From the NCBI GenBank assembly GCA_963667665.2, contig OY763927.2, positions 1,312,001 to 1,376,000 on the forward strand: a stretch of 64,000 nt of DNA, read 5' to 3'. The notes under the pieces were generated by a model. The model was not told the DNA's origin. It worked only from the letters and a program-made list of their open reading frames with translations, and did not search any database. The position numbers and the translations under genes are program-made. Shown here one piece after another: positions 29,090-39,181 of this stretch (positions within the stretch are counted from its first letter, which is position 1; each line of letters starts with the position of its first letter). The DNA is from Nitrosopumilus sp. (GTDB lineage Archaea; Thermoproteota; Nitrososphaeria; Nitrososphaerales; Nitrosopumilaceae).

Positions 29090-30616
29090 CTACAAAATAG
29101 AATCTTTTGTTTGAAATATTCGTTTAAAGTAATCAGAGGGTTCTGATGGTTCTTCAAGATCGTTTGTAATACCAGCTAGTTTCTTTGCAAGATTCTTTTT
29201 GTAACCAATTTGCATCTGTCTTTGAATCTGGATTCTTTGTGCTTGTGGAGAACCTGCACCATGCATAGATTCTGTAAGATATCCCACAGAATTTCTACCA
29301 AGTGTCATGTTTTCAATTAGTCTAAGAATTCTCATTCTGTTTTCAACATCAACACCTTTTCTTCCTACAAGAAATCTTTTCAGTAATGGACCAGCAACTG
29401 GATGTCTAAAGTCCTTTTCAGATGGAAGAGTCACTACTAATCCACCGGCAATGTCTTGTGCAAGTCTACTAATTTCATATGGAAATCTAGTAACGTTGTG
29501 TTTGCAAACTTGTGCAAGCATATCTTCATTTAGATATACACCTGATTTCATCTTGTGTGCTAAGTAAGAGGATGCTATTCCTGCAGCAAAGATTGATTCG
29601 TTAAGATGAGTCATTTCAACAATTTTGTCTTTAATGTGAGATACCTTTGGTACTCCATTATAGTCAGCAATTGTTGCTGCAGCACCAATGAGTACATCAC
29701 CAAGTCCTGTTTTGCATACATAACTACGTCTATGATAACAAGTAAAACGCTCTATTAGCATAGATGCAAATTCATATTCTCCATGCATGAAGACCTTATC
29801 CCATGGAATAAACACTCTTTCTAAAATCATCAAGGCTTCTTGTCCACCATATTTTGCATTACCATCATCAATGTCACCTTCTTCCATGCTTCTAGTGTCA
29901 CAAGACTGTCGACCATAGATGTAAGTAACTCCTTTTGCATCTGCTGGAATTACACCAACAAATGCCCAGTCTTTGTCATCTTGTGTCAGTCTAACTGTGG
30001 GCATCAAAATAATCCAATGTGAATTAATACAACCAGTTTGGTGTGCTTTGGCACCAGACACATAGATTCCTTTATCATCAGTCTCTACTACTCGTGTAAA
30101 CATGTCTGGATCATCTTGTTCTGATGGTCCTTTACTTCTATCACCTTTAGGATCAGTCATTGCACCACCAATTACAAGATTTTCTTGTTGAACCATCTTT
30201 ACAAATTCTAAGAATCTTTTATGATAGTCTGTTCCATGTTTTTCATCTATTTCAAAAGTTACAGAGTGTAAAGAATTCAATGCATCCATTCCAACACATC
30301 TCTGGAAACATGTTCCAGTGTTTTGTCCTAATGTTCTTTGCATTTTATTTTGTAAAACCAAGTCTTGTGCACTTTCTGCAATGTGTAAAAATCTGTTAAC
30401 TCTTAATCCAGTAATTGATGAATCAGCTGTAGCCAAAGCTTCTTCACGTACTGCAAGATCATAAGTTTCTGCAACTGCGTTAATTGATGGTCTAATCATT
30501 GGATGATCTACGGGTTCTTTGACTAATTCTCCAAATAGGTAAACTGTGAGATCACGTCCTCTAAGACTTTCAATATAATCATCACCTGTTCTAATTGTCT
30601 TTAAGACATTAGCCAT
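29090..30616 (-). CDS. hcd: 4-hydroxybutyryl-CoA dehydratase (3HP/4HB cycle)
   Basis: CFQRCVGMDA and HRRSYVC Fe-S motifs, MTDPKGDR, HGAGSPQAQ. Confidence 0.95.
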   Translation of the reverse strand: MANVLKTIRTGDDYIESLRGRDLTVYLFGELVKEPVDHPMIRPSINAVAETYDLAVREEALATADSSITGLRVNRFLHIAESAQDLVLQNKMQRTLGQNTGTCFQRCVGMDALNSLHSVTFEIDEKHGTDYHKRFLEFVKMVQQENLVIGGAMTDPKGDRSKGPSEQDDPDMFTRVVETDDKGIYVSGAKAHQTGCINSHWIILMPTVRLTQDDKDWAFVGVIPADAKGVTYIYGRQSCDTRSMEEGDIDDGNAKYGGQEALMILERVFIPWDKVFMHGEYEFASMLIERFTCYHRRSYVCKTGLGDVLIGAAATIADYNGVPKVSHIKDKIVEMTHLNESIFAAGIASSYLAHKMKSGVYLNEDMLAQVCKHNVTRFPYEISRLAQDIAGGLVVTLPSEKDFRHPVAGPLLKRFLVGRKGVDVENRMRILRLIENMTLGRNSVGYLTESMHGAGSPQAQRIQIQRQMQIGYKKNLAKKLAGITNDLEEPSEPSDYFKRIFQTKDSIL

Positions 30617-30688
30617 GTAATAATATTCTCCTTTATGATGTATAAATATTCAGATTGAAATGAGGAAAAATTTACGAATGAATTATTA

Positions 30689-32785
30689 TCAGAGACCTAT
30701 TCTGACATCTAAAATGCGACAACCTTTACCCTTCTCCATTACAAGTACAGGATTCATGTCTAATTCTTTGATCTCTTTAAAGTCAGAAACTAGTTGAGAT
30801 AACCTTTGAATGCATTCAGAGAGTTTTGATATGTCTGAAGGTTTTTCACCTCTTACACCTAGAAGTATTTTTTGGGTCTTTATTGATGCTATCATGTCAT
30901 CTGCTTCTTTGTCAGTTACAGGCGCTATCTTGAATGTAACATCTTTGAGAACTTCGACGTAGATTCCTCCCATTCCTAGCATGATTACTGGACCGAATCC
31001 AGGCTCGAGTTTTGAGCCGATGATTAGTTCTTTTCCACCCTTTACCATCTCTACAATCAAGACACCCTTAATCTCAGCTTTTTTGTTGTATTTTTTAGCA
31101 TTTTTGATAATTGTTTTGTATGCATTTTTGATTTCAGAATCATTTGTCAAGTTTACTTTAACACCACCTGCATCAGATTTGTGAACAATCTGAGGTGATG
31201 CAATTTTCATTACAACTGGATAACCAATCTTCTTTGCAATTTTTACTGCTTCGGACTCTGTTGCAGCAAGTGCACTTGAAGGTAGTGGTAATCCATATGC
31301 TTTAAGAACTTCTTGTCCTTCTTCTTCTAGAAGATTTGGTCGTTTCTCTTTTTTGACCTGGTCAAATATTTTCTTGGCTTTTGCTTTGTTTACTTTGAAT
31401 TTAGTAATTTTTCCAGTAGGATCTTTTATCCAGTTAGAAAATCTAATCATTGCTGCAAGAGTTCTAATTGCACCTTCTGCGTATGTGTAATATGGAACAT
31501 TTCCAGCAGCTAAAATTTCTCTGTTGGTAATTCCTTCATCTAATCCCATCAAACTTGCAAGCATTGTCTTTTTGTATTTCTTTGACATTTCAACAATGAC
31601 TTCTGCTAGTTTATCATAATCTAGAGTTCCAGAAGGAGTACACATTGTAATTACAGACCCAACTTTTGGATGTTTGAGAACTCTATCTAAAACATTATGG
31701 AATCGATTAAAATCAGCATCACCAACAATATCAACAGGATTTCGAGAGCTTCCCCAAGGTGGAATTACCTCGTCAATTTTTTTTCTAACACTTGTAATAT
31801 CTGCCATCTTGATTTTAGCCTTTGAACATGCATCAGTTGAGATGATTGCAGGACCACCTGCATTTGAAACAATTACAAGATCACCATTTGATGGTAGTGG
31901 TTGTTTAGAAAATGCTGTTGCATAATCAAAGAGTTCTTCCATGGTATCAACTCTGATTGCACCAGATTGTTTTAGTAAAGCATCATAGATTTCATCGGAA
32001 CCCATCAAGGCTCCAGTATGAGACATTGCAGCTTTTGCTCCTTCAGGACTACGTCCAGATTTGAGAACAAGAACTGGTTTTTTGAGTTTTTTAGTAATAT
32101 TTTTACAAACTTTAAGGAATTCTTGACCATTCCCCATGTCTTCAAGATACATTACAATAACTTCTGTTTGTTTATGATTTGCAAGTGTCTTTAAGACATC
32201 AACTTCACTCATTACAGCTTTGTTTCCAAGACTAACTACTGCAGAAAAACCAATTCCTTGAGCACTAGCATCTTCAACTAATGCAGCACATATTGCACCA
32301 CTTTGAGATATGAGTGCAATTTTTCCAGATTTTGGTGTAATTTTAAGAAAAGTAGAATTCATCATTGTCTTTGGATCAAGATTCATGACACCAAGACAGT
32401 TTGGTCCAATGACTTCTATTTTGTATTTTTTAGCAATGTCTTTGAGTTGTTGTTCACGTTTTGCACCTTCTTCATCAACTTCTTTAAAACCAGCTGTAAT
32501 GATAATGACACCTTTGATTTTTTTCTTGCCGCATTCTTCTAACACTGTTGCAACCAATGTGTTTTTGATTACAATTACTGCAAGATCAATTGGTTTTGGA
32601 ACATCTAAGACACTCTTGTATGCTTTTTTGTAAAAGACTGTTTCTCTTGAAGGACTAATAGGATAAACAGTTCCTGTAAAACCATTCATAATATTTGAGG
32701 TAATGGTATCTCCAACACTTCCTCTTTTGTCAGATGCACCGATTACTGCAATTGATTTTGGTGATAAAAAGACAGATTCTGCCAT
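30689..32785 (-). CDS. ADP-forming acyl-CoA synthetase, likely 4-hydroxybutyrate-CoA ligase
   Basis: IGAS, GPNCLG, SQSG, SHTGAL, HKSDAGGV, DMNP; directly upstream of hcd. Confidence 0.9.
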   Translation of the reverse strand: MAESVFLSPKSIAVIGASDKRGSVGDTITSNIMNGFTGTVYPISPSRETVFYKKAYKSVLDVPKPIDLAVIVIKNTLVATVLEECGKKKIKGVIIITAGFKEVDEEGAKREQQLKDIAKKYKIEVIGPNCLGVMNLDPKTMMNSTFLKITPKSGKIALISQSGAICAALVEDASAQGIGFSAVVSLGNKAVMSEVDVLKTLANHKQTEVIVMYLEDMGNGQEFLKVCKNITKKLKKPVLVLKSGRSPEGAKAAMSHTGALMGSDEIYDALLKQSGAIRVDTMEELFDYATAFSKQPLPSNGDLVIVSNAGGPAIISTDACSKAKIKMADITSVRKKIDEVIPPWGSSRNPVDIVGDADFNRFHNVLDRVLKHPKVGSVITMCTPSGTLDYDKLAEVIVEMSKKYKKTMLASLMGLDEGITNREILAAGNVPYYTYAEGAIRTLAAMIRFSNWIKDPTGKITKFKVNKAKAKKIFDQVKKEKRPNLLEEEGQEVLKAYGLPLPSSALAATESEAVKIAKKIGYPVVMKIASPQIVHKSDAGGVKVNLTNDSEIKNAYKTIIKNAKKYNKKAEIKGVLIVEMVKGGKELIIGSKLEPGFGPVIMLGMGGIYVEVLKDVTFKIAPVTDKEADDMIASIKTQKILLGVRGEKPSDISKLSECIQRLSQLVSDFKEIKELDMNPVLVMEKGKGCRILDVRIGL

Positions 32786-32847
32786 GTAAGTTGGATCTAA
32801 AGATTTTATATAATAAAGTTATTCATAGAAATTTCTGATCTGTGATT

Positions 32848-33207
32848 TTAGCTTCCCAACATTTTTCCTGCTAGATTCTCTTTTCGAGGAATCCATTTTA
32901 TTAATGGTCTATCAGAAAGTTTTCCTATAATAGCCCAAGCTTCTTGTGCCAGTCTTCGAAGTTCATCATTATTTATTGCAAATTCATGATTTAATTGATT
33001 TACAGTATTTTTTGAATCACTGTAAATGGTAATGTTATCATTTGAATCAATGAACTTGTATAATGCCGAAATTATTGCCAAGTATTCCGCTTGATTGTTA
33101 GTTAGATCTGGTTTTTTTTCATAAAATGATTCTCCTGTCTCTTTTACAAAATAGCCATATCCACTATTAGGAATTCCAGAACCATCAACGTAAACACTAA
33201 TTTTCAT
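32848..33207 (-). CDS. ribonuclease HI-like protein
   Basis: YVDGS, TNNQAEY, YSDS, WIPRKENLA. Confidence 0.88.
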   Translation of the reverse strand: MKISVYVDGSGIPNSGYGYFVKETGESFYEKKPDLTNNQAEYLAIISALYKFIDSNDNITIYSDSKNTVNQLNHEFAINNDELRRLAQEAWAIIGKLSDRPLIKWIPRKENLAGKMLGS

Positions 33208-33640
33208 CTTTATACAATCTCACTAACTTTACATTTATGTTTGCCACTATTAAAAAAATCAATGCGGATATACTTTGAGATATAATTGATGCTAGGTACG
33301 GATCATAATCTATTGTTAAAAAATAGTATTGCAGAACCCATCTAGCAATAGTATAAACAACTTCAGCAAGTCCAAGAGATGTAACTAATTTTATGAGATC
33401 ACGTTTTAGTTTTACAGTATCTGTTCCACCAGATTCAATTCTATATTTTTTTCTGTTATCAAAATAATATAACACACCAAAAACTGAAAAGTAAATTGAA
33501 TAATCTGCAATTGTAGTGTATGTTGAATTTAGATAGTCTTCTTGATCAGATAAAAGTTGTGCAATTCCTGCAGAAATAATGATAGATGTAAAAATTGCGA
33601 TTAGAATATTTTTGTTAAGCTTGAGATAGTCTTGTAACAC
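33197..33640 (-). CDS. four-TM membrane protein
   Basis: Hydrophobic segments; overlaps the RNase H start. Confidence 0.7.
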   Translation of the reverse strand: MLQDYLKLNKNILIAIFTSIIISAGIAQLLSDQEDYLNSTYTTIADYSIYFSVFGVLYYFDNRKKYRIESGGTDTVKLKRDLIKLVTSLGLAEVVYTIARWVLQYYFLTIDYDPYLASIISQSISALIFLIVANINVKLVRLYKDEN

Positions 33641-33675
33641 AGATTTTATTATTTTTTGTTACAATTAAACTAAAG

Positions 33676-33960
33676 TCAATCCAAAGTAATCTTTAGAAAT
33701 ATAATCAAACCTGCAAGTTCTGCAATTCCTACTCCTAGCATGTATGGGAATATTTCATTAGAGAAAAGCATCTCCATGGAGAAATATGCTAGCGCACCAA
33801 TGACATTATGCAAAAATAACATCACAGTAACTACAATCATACCTAATGGAAGCTGTGCTCTAGTCTTTCCATACATCTTTCCAAATATACAGATCAGAAT
33901 TCCTAGAATGCCCATATTTGCAATTGAAACAACAGACAAGATTAGCGAGGTAGGTTCCAT
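33676..33960 (-). CDS. small three-TM membrane protein
   Basis: Hydrophobic; GAGGTG SD; downstream of the ArsR-type gene. Confidence 0.75.
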   Translation of the reverse strand: MEPTSLILSVVSIANMGILGILICIFGKMYGKTRAQLPLGMIVVTVMLFLHNVIGALAYFSMEMLFSNEIFPYMLGVGIAELAGLIIFLKITLD

Positions 33961-33985
33961 TTAGTAAAAAACACCTCTTGAGCTT

Positions 33986-34288
33986 TTATTTACTTTTGTC
34001 CAATTTTCTTTCAATTTCTTCAAATGACTCCATATTTACTTCAAGAAAGGTGGAAATGAAAAATGTGATTCCATATTTTTCTCCAACTTTAGTGATCATA
34101 TTGTTTTTTTCAAGCACCTTAATGTGATGTTGGATAGCCTTGTAATCTAGGCCCAACTCTTTTGCTAGTTGATTAGTATTAAGCGGATTTTCCTTTAATT
34201 TTGAAATAATTTTTAATCTATTCAGTCCTCCTCTTGAAGCTGCAAAAACAAACCAAAGAAGCCTTTTTGCGTCAGGATCATTTGCCAT
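33986..34288 (-). CDS. ArsR-family winged-helix regulator
   Basis: RGGLNRLKII...NTNQLAKELGLDYKAIQHHIKVL; start set at MANDP. Confidence 0.88.
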   Translation of the reverse strand: MANDPDAKRLLWFVFAASRGGLNRLKIISKLKENPLNTNQLAKELGLDYKAIQHHIKVLEKNNMITKVGEKYGITFFISTFLEVNMESFEEIERKLDKSK

Positions 34289-34391
34289 GAGTAATGAAAA
34301 TTCTTCTAGTTTACTACTAAAAGGTATTTTGTGATTGAACCATAATAGAAAGTATAAAAAACACAATCAAACAAATTTCTGTGAATTAAAA

Positions 34392-35273
34392 ATGATGTTA
34401 AATTATGATGCCCCATTATACAGACCACCTTCAGAAGCAAGGTCATTAATTTTCCAAGTTACATTAGGTTGTTCATTTAACGAATGTTCTTTTTGTGATA
34501 TGTATAGAACAAAAGAATATTCTGAAAGAACATGGGATGAGATAAAAACAGAAATTGATATGATGGCAAATTATTTGCCTGAAACTAAAAGAGTTTTTCT
34601 TGCAGATGGAGATGCATTAAATCTAGATACAGAATTCATGATAAAAATTATAAAATATATTAAAGAAAAATTTGCAAAGCTTGAAAGAATTTCCTGCTAT
34701 GCAATGCCTATGAATATTCTAAAGAAAACACCTGAAGAACTAAAGAAGATGAATGAAGCTGGATTGGATATGTTTTATCTTGGAATTGAAAGTGGTTCTG
34801 ATATAGTTCTAAAAAAAGTAACAAAGGGAGCTATTGCAAAGACAATAACAAAATCTGTCAACAAGGCCAAAGAAGCAGGTTACATAATGTCATGTATGAT
34901 AATTTTGGGATTGGGTGGAAGAACATATTCCAAAGAACACATCAAAGGTACTGCAGAAGTGATTAGTGCATGTTCTCCACAGTATGTAGGAGCTCTAACT
35001 TTGTATCTGGAAAAGGGGATAAAACAAGAATTTCTTGACAAGTTTGAAGAACCATTCATAAAAATTAATGATGATGAATCATTAGAAGAACTTCATGATT
35101 TGATCAACCAAATAGAAACTAAAGATGAGATTATTTTTAGAGTTAATCATGGTTCAAACGCATATTCAGTCAAAGGTACTTTTCCACAAGACAAACAAGA
35201 AATGTTAGATAAAATAGAATGGATGAAACAACATCCAGAAGTTGTGCGCCCAGAGGGACTACGAGGATTCTAA
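34392..35273 (+). CDS. radical SAM protein
   Basis: YRPPSEA, CSFNECSFC, FLADGDA, GIESG. Confidence 0.92.
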   Translation: MMLNYDAPLYRPPSEARSLIFQVTLGCSFNECSFCDMYRTKEYSERTWDEIKTEIDMMANYLPETKRVFLADGDALNLDTEFMIKIIKYIKEKFAKLERISCYAMPMNILKKTPEELKKMNEAGLDMFYLGIESGSDIVLKKVTKGAIAKTITKSVNKAKEAGYIMSCMIILGLGGRTYSKEHIKGTAEVISACSPQYVGALTLYLEKGIKQEFLDKFEEPFIKINDDESLEELHDLINQIETKDEIIFRVNHGSNAYSVKGTFPQDKQEMLDKIEWMKQHPEVVRPEGLRGF

Positions 35274-35274
35274 A

Positions 35275-35526
35275 TTAAAGATTCTCAATTATAGTTTTGA
35301 GATTTTCTGGTAATTCTGGTAATTCAGTATGACTTTCATTGTTTTGAAGGTTTTCAGGTCCTATGCGTCTAACTCGTTGAGTTCCAATTAGAGTATCAAT
35401 ATTTCTTTGAATATCTTTTTCTGATAATATAGTCTTTAATTTTTCCATTACAGTATCTTCATTTTCATATTTTTTTATTCCATACTGAACAAGAATCATT
35501 TTCTCTTCTGAGGTAAATTCTGTCAC
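35275..35526 (-). CDS. hypothetical protein
   Basis: 83-aa ORF with typical codon use; TTAAA upstream. Confidence 0.7.
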   Translation of the reverse strand: MTEFTSEEKMILVQYGIKKYENEDTVMEKLKTILSEKDIQRNIDTLIGTQRVRRIGPENLQNNESHTELPELPENLKTIIENL

Positions 35527-35607
35527 ATATTTGCCAAGAAGTTTAAGGTTAATAATCGTTGATTAGTGAAAAACAATTAAAATACTATAAATTACAAATT
35601 ACCCTAC

Positions 35608-36099
35608 TTGGAAAGCAAATTACAATTAATCTCAAATGTATTAACTACGAAAAGATATGCTACAGTTGCAATAATTAGTGGTGTAGGATTAGGAATAATC
35701 TATTACTTTTTAACAATGTCAATGCTACCTACTCATTTTGATACTACAGTAAAGATAATGCATTCTTACATTGCTACATCAATTGTATTAACAATAATAA
35801 TTTCAGCGTTAGCTGGAATTAATTTTACATTAATGGCATTTAAGATAAAGAGAATGAAAATGATGAATTCTGTAAAATCAAACTCTTCAGCTGTATTAGG
35901 AGGAGCCTTTGCAGCATTTACTCCAGGATGTCCTGCATGTACTGCACCTCTAGCAGTAATTTTAGGTGCAGTTGGAGGATTGTCATTGTTTCCAATGCAA
36001 GGATTAGAGCTGAAATTCATTTCAGTTGGAGTCCTAATTTTTTCTATTTATTGGATTACTAGAGGACTACAAAGTAAAAGTTGTTGCAAGATAGGATAA
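35608..36099 (+). CDS. four-TM membrane protein with CPAC motif
   Basis: GCPAC in a TM region; C-terminal SCC. Confidence 0.75.
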   Translation: MESKLQLISNVLTTKRYATVAIISGVGLGIIYYFLTMSMLPTHFDTTVKIMHSYIATSIVLTIIISALAGINFTLMAFKIKRMKMMNSVKSNSSAVLGGAFAAFTPGCPACTAPLAVILGAVGGLSLFPMQGLELKFISVGVLIFSIYWITRGLQSKSCCKIG

Positions 36100-36100
36100 A

Positions 36101-36175
36101 TGGGCCCACGGGGATTTGAACCCCGGACCTTCGCCGTGTAAGGGCGACGTCATAACCGACCTGGACCATGAGCCC
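36101..36175 (-). tRNA. tRNA-Val(TAC)
   Basis: Reverse complement GGGCTCA...TCGCC-CTTACAC-GGCGA...GTTCAAATC...TGGGCCCA. Confidence 0.95.
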
Positions 36176-36199
36176 AGAAACCTACCTTACTGAAATCCA

Positions 36200-36205
36200 T
36201 TTAAA
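36200..36205 (-). promoter_or_regulatory. TATA box of tRNA-Val
   Basis: TTTAAA about 25 nt upstream of the tRNA 5' end. Confidence 0.55.
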
Positions 36206-36254
36206 CTTTGAGACAAAGGAGAATCTAGAAATTTGATAAAAAATAAAGAAATTC

Positions 36255-37271
36255 ATGAATGTGTTTGATTATTTTTCTAGTCCAATTGGATTAGGTCATG
36301 TTACTCGAGATATTGCAATTGTAAATAATTTTGAAAATATTTCAATTAACTTTGTAACAGGTAGTGGAGCTGCAAAAATTCTAAAGAATTTAGATTTCAA
36401 AGTACAAGATGTATACAGTCCACCTTCATTTATTATTGAAAATGGTGCATTAAAAAATCCAGCAAAATGGTTATGGAATTATTATCAATACTATAAAGAC
36501 TGTAAAAAAATTTCACAGCGTATTATTCAAAAGGATAATCCAAGCTTGGTGATTAGTGATGAGGATTTTGCATCATTAACTGTAGCACAAAAAATGAAAA
36601 TTCCAACAGTACTTGTCACAGATGTTTTAGAGACTCGTTTCACTAAAGGATTAGTATCATTTGTTGAAAAAAAGATGAACAAATCAATGCAAGAAATTAT
36701 TAAAAAATGTGACGTTGTAATTCTTCCTGAAAATGGAGATGATCAAGATAATATTAGAAAGGTAGGACCAATAGTTAGACAAACAAAGTTTTCAAGAGAA
36801 GATCTACGAAATAAATTCTCGTTTGATAAAAAGACAATAGTTATTTCTGTTGGTGGAACTGATGCAGGAATGTTTCTTATCAGAAAAGCATTAGAATCTA
36901 TTTCAAAAATTAATCAAGAAATAGAAGTTGTTCTAGTATCAGGTCCAGCAATTAGTAAAAAATTTGATAATGTTAGAAATTTAGGATTTGTAGATAATTT
37001 ACACGAGTTGATTTTTGCTGCAGATATGTTAATTTCTCTGGCTGGAAAATCAACAATAGATGAGGCTAATGCTTATGGAACACCTGCAATATTTATTCCC
37101 ATAAAGAGTCATTTTGAGCAAGAAGATAACGCAAAAGAAGAGGGATTTGTTTTTGATGATATCAATAGGCTTGATGAATTAATTTTAGAAAAACTTGAAG
37201 AAAAAAGAAATCAAGTAGATACAGATGGTGCAAAAAACGCATCAGATATTATTAAAAAATTGATGAATTAA
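36255..37271 (+). CDS. GT-B glycosyltransferase (MurG/GT28-like)
   Basis: GLGHVTR, SVGGT, GKSTIDEA, HFEQ. Confidence 0.85.
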   Translation: MNVFDYFSSPIGLGHVTRDIAIVNNFENISINFVTGSGAAKILKNLDFKVQDVYSPPSFIIENGALKNPAKWLWNYYQYYKDCKKISQRIIQKDNPSLVISDEDFASLTVAQKMKIPTVLVTDVLETRFTKGLVSFVEKKMNKSMQEIIKKCDVVILPENGDDQDNIRKVGPIVRQTKFSREDLRNKFSFDKKTIVISVGGTDAGMFLIRKALESISKINQEIEVVLVSGPAISKKFDNVRNLGFVDNLHELIFAADMLISLAGKSTIDEANAYGTPAIFIPIKSHFEQEDNAKEEGFVFDDINRLDELILEKLEEKRNQVDTDGAKNASDIIKKLMN

Positions 37272-37316
37272 CGATCAAATGCTTAATAGATGGTAATTGA
37301 GTTTTGATAAGTTACC

Positions 37317-38732
37317 ATGACCAATCTAGTAGTAGTAAAATTTGGTGGAAGTGCAATAGGTCCAGATGGAGCATCCATTACAGAAATTGTTAAACGAATT
37401 AATGATTTGAAAAAAAATTCCAAAGTAATTGCTGTTTTTTCAGCTCCATTAACAATACATGATGAGAAAAAGCGTTCTCTAACTGATGTAATTTTAGAGC
37501 AAGGAAAAAATGCAGAGGATGGAAAAACTCCATCTTTAGATATTGTAAGATCAACTTATCAAAAAATTCTTGAAATGGTAAATTCGGAGAATAAAGATAA
37601 TTGCCAAAATTCTATTGATTCACATCTAGCAAAAGCACAAAAAGCATTAGATGAGGCATTTGAGAATAAAGAATTTGTAGAGGAGGTACGTTCAAGAGCA
37701 TTAGCATTTGCAGGTGAGATTTTGATGTCTCATGTAATGAACTACATTCTAAGAAGTAATGGTATAAAATCTGAGGCTATAGGATTTGATGATTGGCCAA
37801 TTATCACTGATAACAACATAGAATCAACAAATTTTCTTACATCAGAATCTAGAGAAAGAATGGATAAAACAGCAGAATTAGTAGAAGAGAACGAAGTAGT
37901 TACAATTGGAGGATTTATTGGGAAAACAGTAGATTGCGTTACAACTACATATGAGCGAGGAGGATCAGATAGAACTGCTGCAGATCTAGGAATATTATTT
38001 CACAAAAAATATGAAACTAGTATAGACTTTGAAAAAGATAGTGCAGTAGTTTCTGCCGATCCAAAAATTGTGAAATCAGGATTAAGTGAAGTAATTCAAT
38101 TGTCATACAATGAAGCTAGATTAGCAGGAATGTTTGGAATGAAAATTTTGGATCCAATTGCAATAAAAGAAATTGTAGAAAATGGAGTCGATATGCTAAT
38201 TACTGTTACAAATATGAAAAATCCAGAAAAAACAACTACAATTATGAGAGTACTAGATGAACAGAAAGGGCATCCAATTAAGATAGTTACAGGAAAAGAA
38301 AATTGTGCGATTTTCAGAATTGAAACAAGTTGTATTCAAAAATTGCTAACATCATTGGAAAAAGACAAACGATATAGTGAGTTTATAATTTTATCACCAT
38401 TTACTAAAGATGGAATTGAATTTTCTAGAATATTATTTTTAGATGGAGATTATGTTAAAAGAAATGAAAAATATTTGTTAGGATTTGATTCTCTTGCTAC
38501 AATTACATACAATAGAGGAGTAATTACGTTAGTTGGAGATGAAATGTGGAGAGTTCAACAAGTTGCTTCAAGAACTAGTACAAAAATTGGGGAGTCAGGA
38601 TTAAACATTTTGAATATGGATGCACAAGAAGAGACTTCAAGAATAATTATTGTCATAGAAGATGCAGGGGACAACATAAGCAAAGCAATTAATGCAATAC
38701 ACGAAGAGATTTCAAAAATTAAATTTGTTTAA
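37317..38732 (+). CDS. lysC: aspartate kinase
   Basis: VVKFGGS, RGGSD, ADPKIV, SYNEA. Confidence 0.88.
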   Translation: MTNLVVVKFGGSAIGPDGASITEIVKRINDLKKNSKVIAVFSAPLTIHDEKKRSLTDVILEQGKNAEDGKTPSLDIVRSTYQKILEMVNSENKDNCQNSIDSHLAKAQKALDEAFENKEFVEEVRSRALAFAGEILMSHVMNYILRSNGIKSEAIGFDDWPIITDNNIESTNFLTSESRERMDKTAELVEENEVVTIGGFIGKTVDCVTTTYERGGSDRTAADLGILFHKKYETSIDFEKDSAVVSADPKIVKSGLSEVIQLSYNEARLAGMFGMKILDPIAIKEIVENGVDMLITVTNMKNPEKTTTIMRVLDEQKGHPIKIVTGKENCAIFRIETSCIQKLLTSLEKDKRYSEFIILSPFTKDGIEFSRILFLDGDYVKRNEKYLLGFDSLATITYNRGVITLVGDEMWRVQQVASRTSTKIGESGLNILNMDAQEETSRIIIVIEDAGDNISKAINAIHEEISKIKFV

Positions 38733-38735
38733 CGA

Positions 38736-38832
38736 AAAGAGTGGCGTTACGGGCTTTCACCTGTAAACGCCATCATGGGTTTATTCTTGGACCATTATCT
38801 AGATTCAGTCCGGCGTTACCCAAAACACGCGA
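38736..38832 (-). ncRNA. candidate ~95-nt structured ncRNA
   Basis: GC-rich island between convergent genes; on the minus strand two hairpins (one capped by GAAA), TAAATA upstream (38855-38860) and TCTTTT downstream. Confidence 0.5.
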
Positions 38833-38877
38833 TACTATACGTTAAATTTTCTAGTATTTAGAGCTGATCTATATAGA

Positions 38878-39084
38878 TTAGATACGCTCAGCTGCATACC
38901 AAAGAATTATTCCAATTCCAAGTAGAGCATACCACTTGAAGTTTTTCTTATTCATGAAAATATTTGCTGAGCCTAATTGACCATCTTTGGATGTACTCAA
39001 ATTAATTTTTCTCATTTCAAATGCCTGGCCTACTAAGCCTATTACAAGAAGTATTATTCCAACAAAACCCAAAGTCCATTCCAT
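38878..39084 (-). CDS. small two-TM membrane protein
   Basis: Two hydrophobic helices. Confidence 0.7.
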   Translation of the reverse strand: MEWTLGFVGIILLVIGLVGQAFEMRKINLSTSKDGQLGSANIFMNKKNFKWYALLGIGIILWYAAERI

Positions 39085-39181
39085 GTTAGAATTTGACTTT
39101 AATCTGATATGTAGTTTTTAAATTTAGAAAATCCACATTAAAAGATAATTCTTTAAATTAGCAGAGTTTTTTCTCTCTTCT

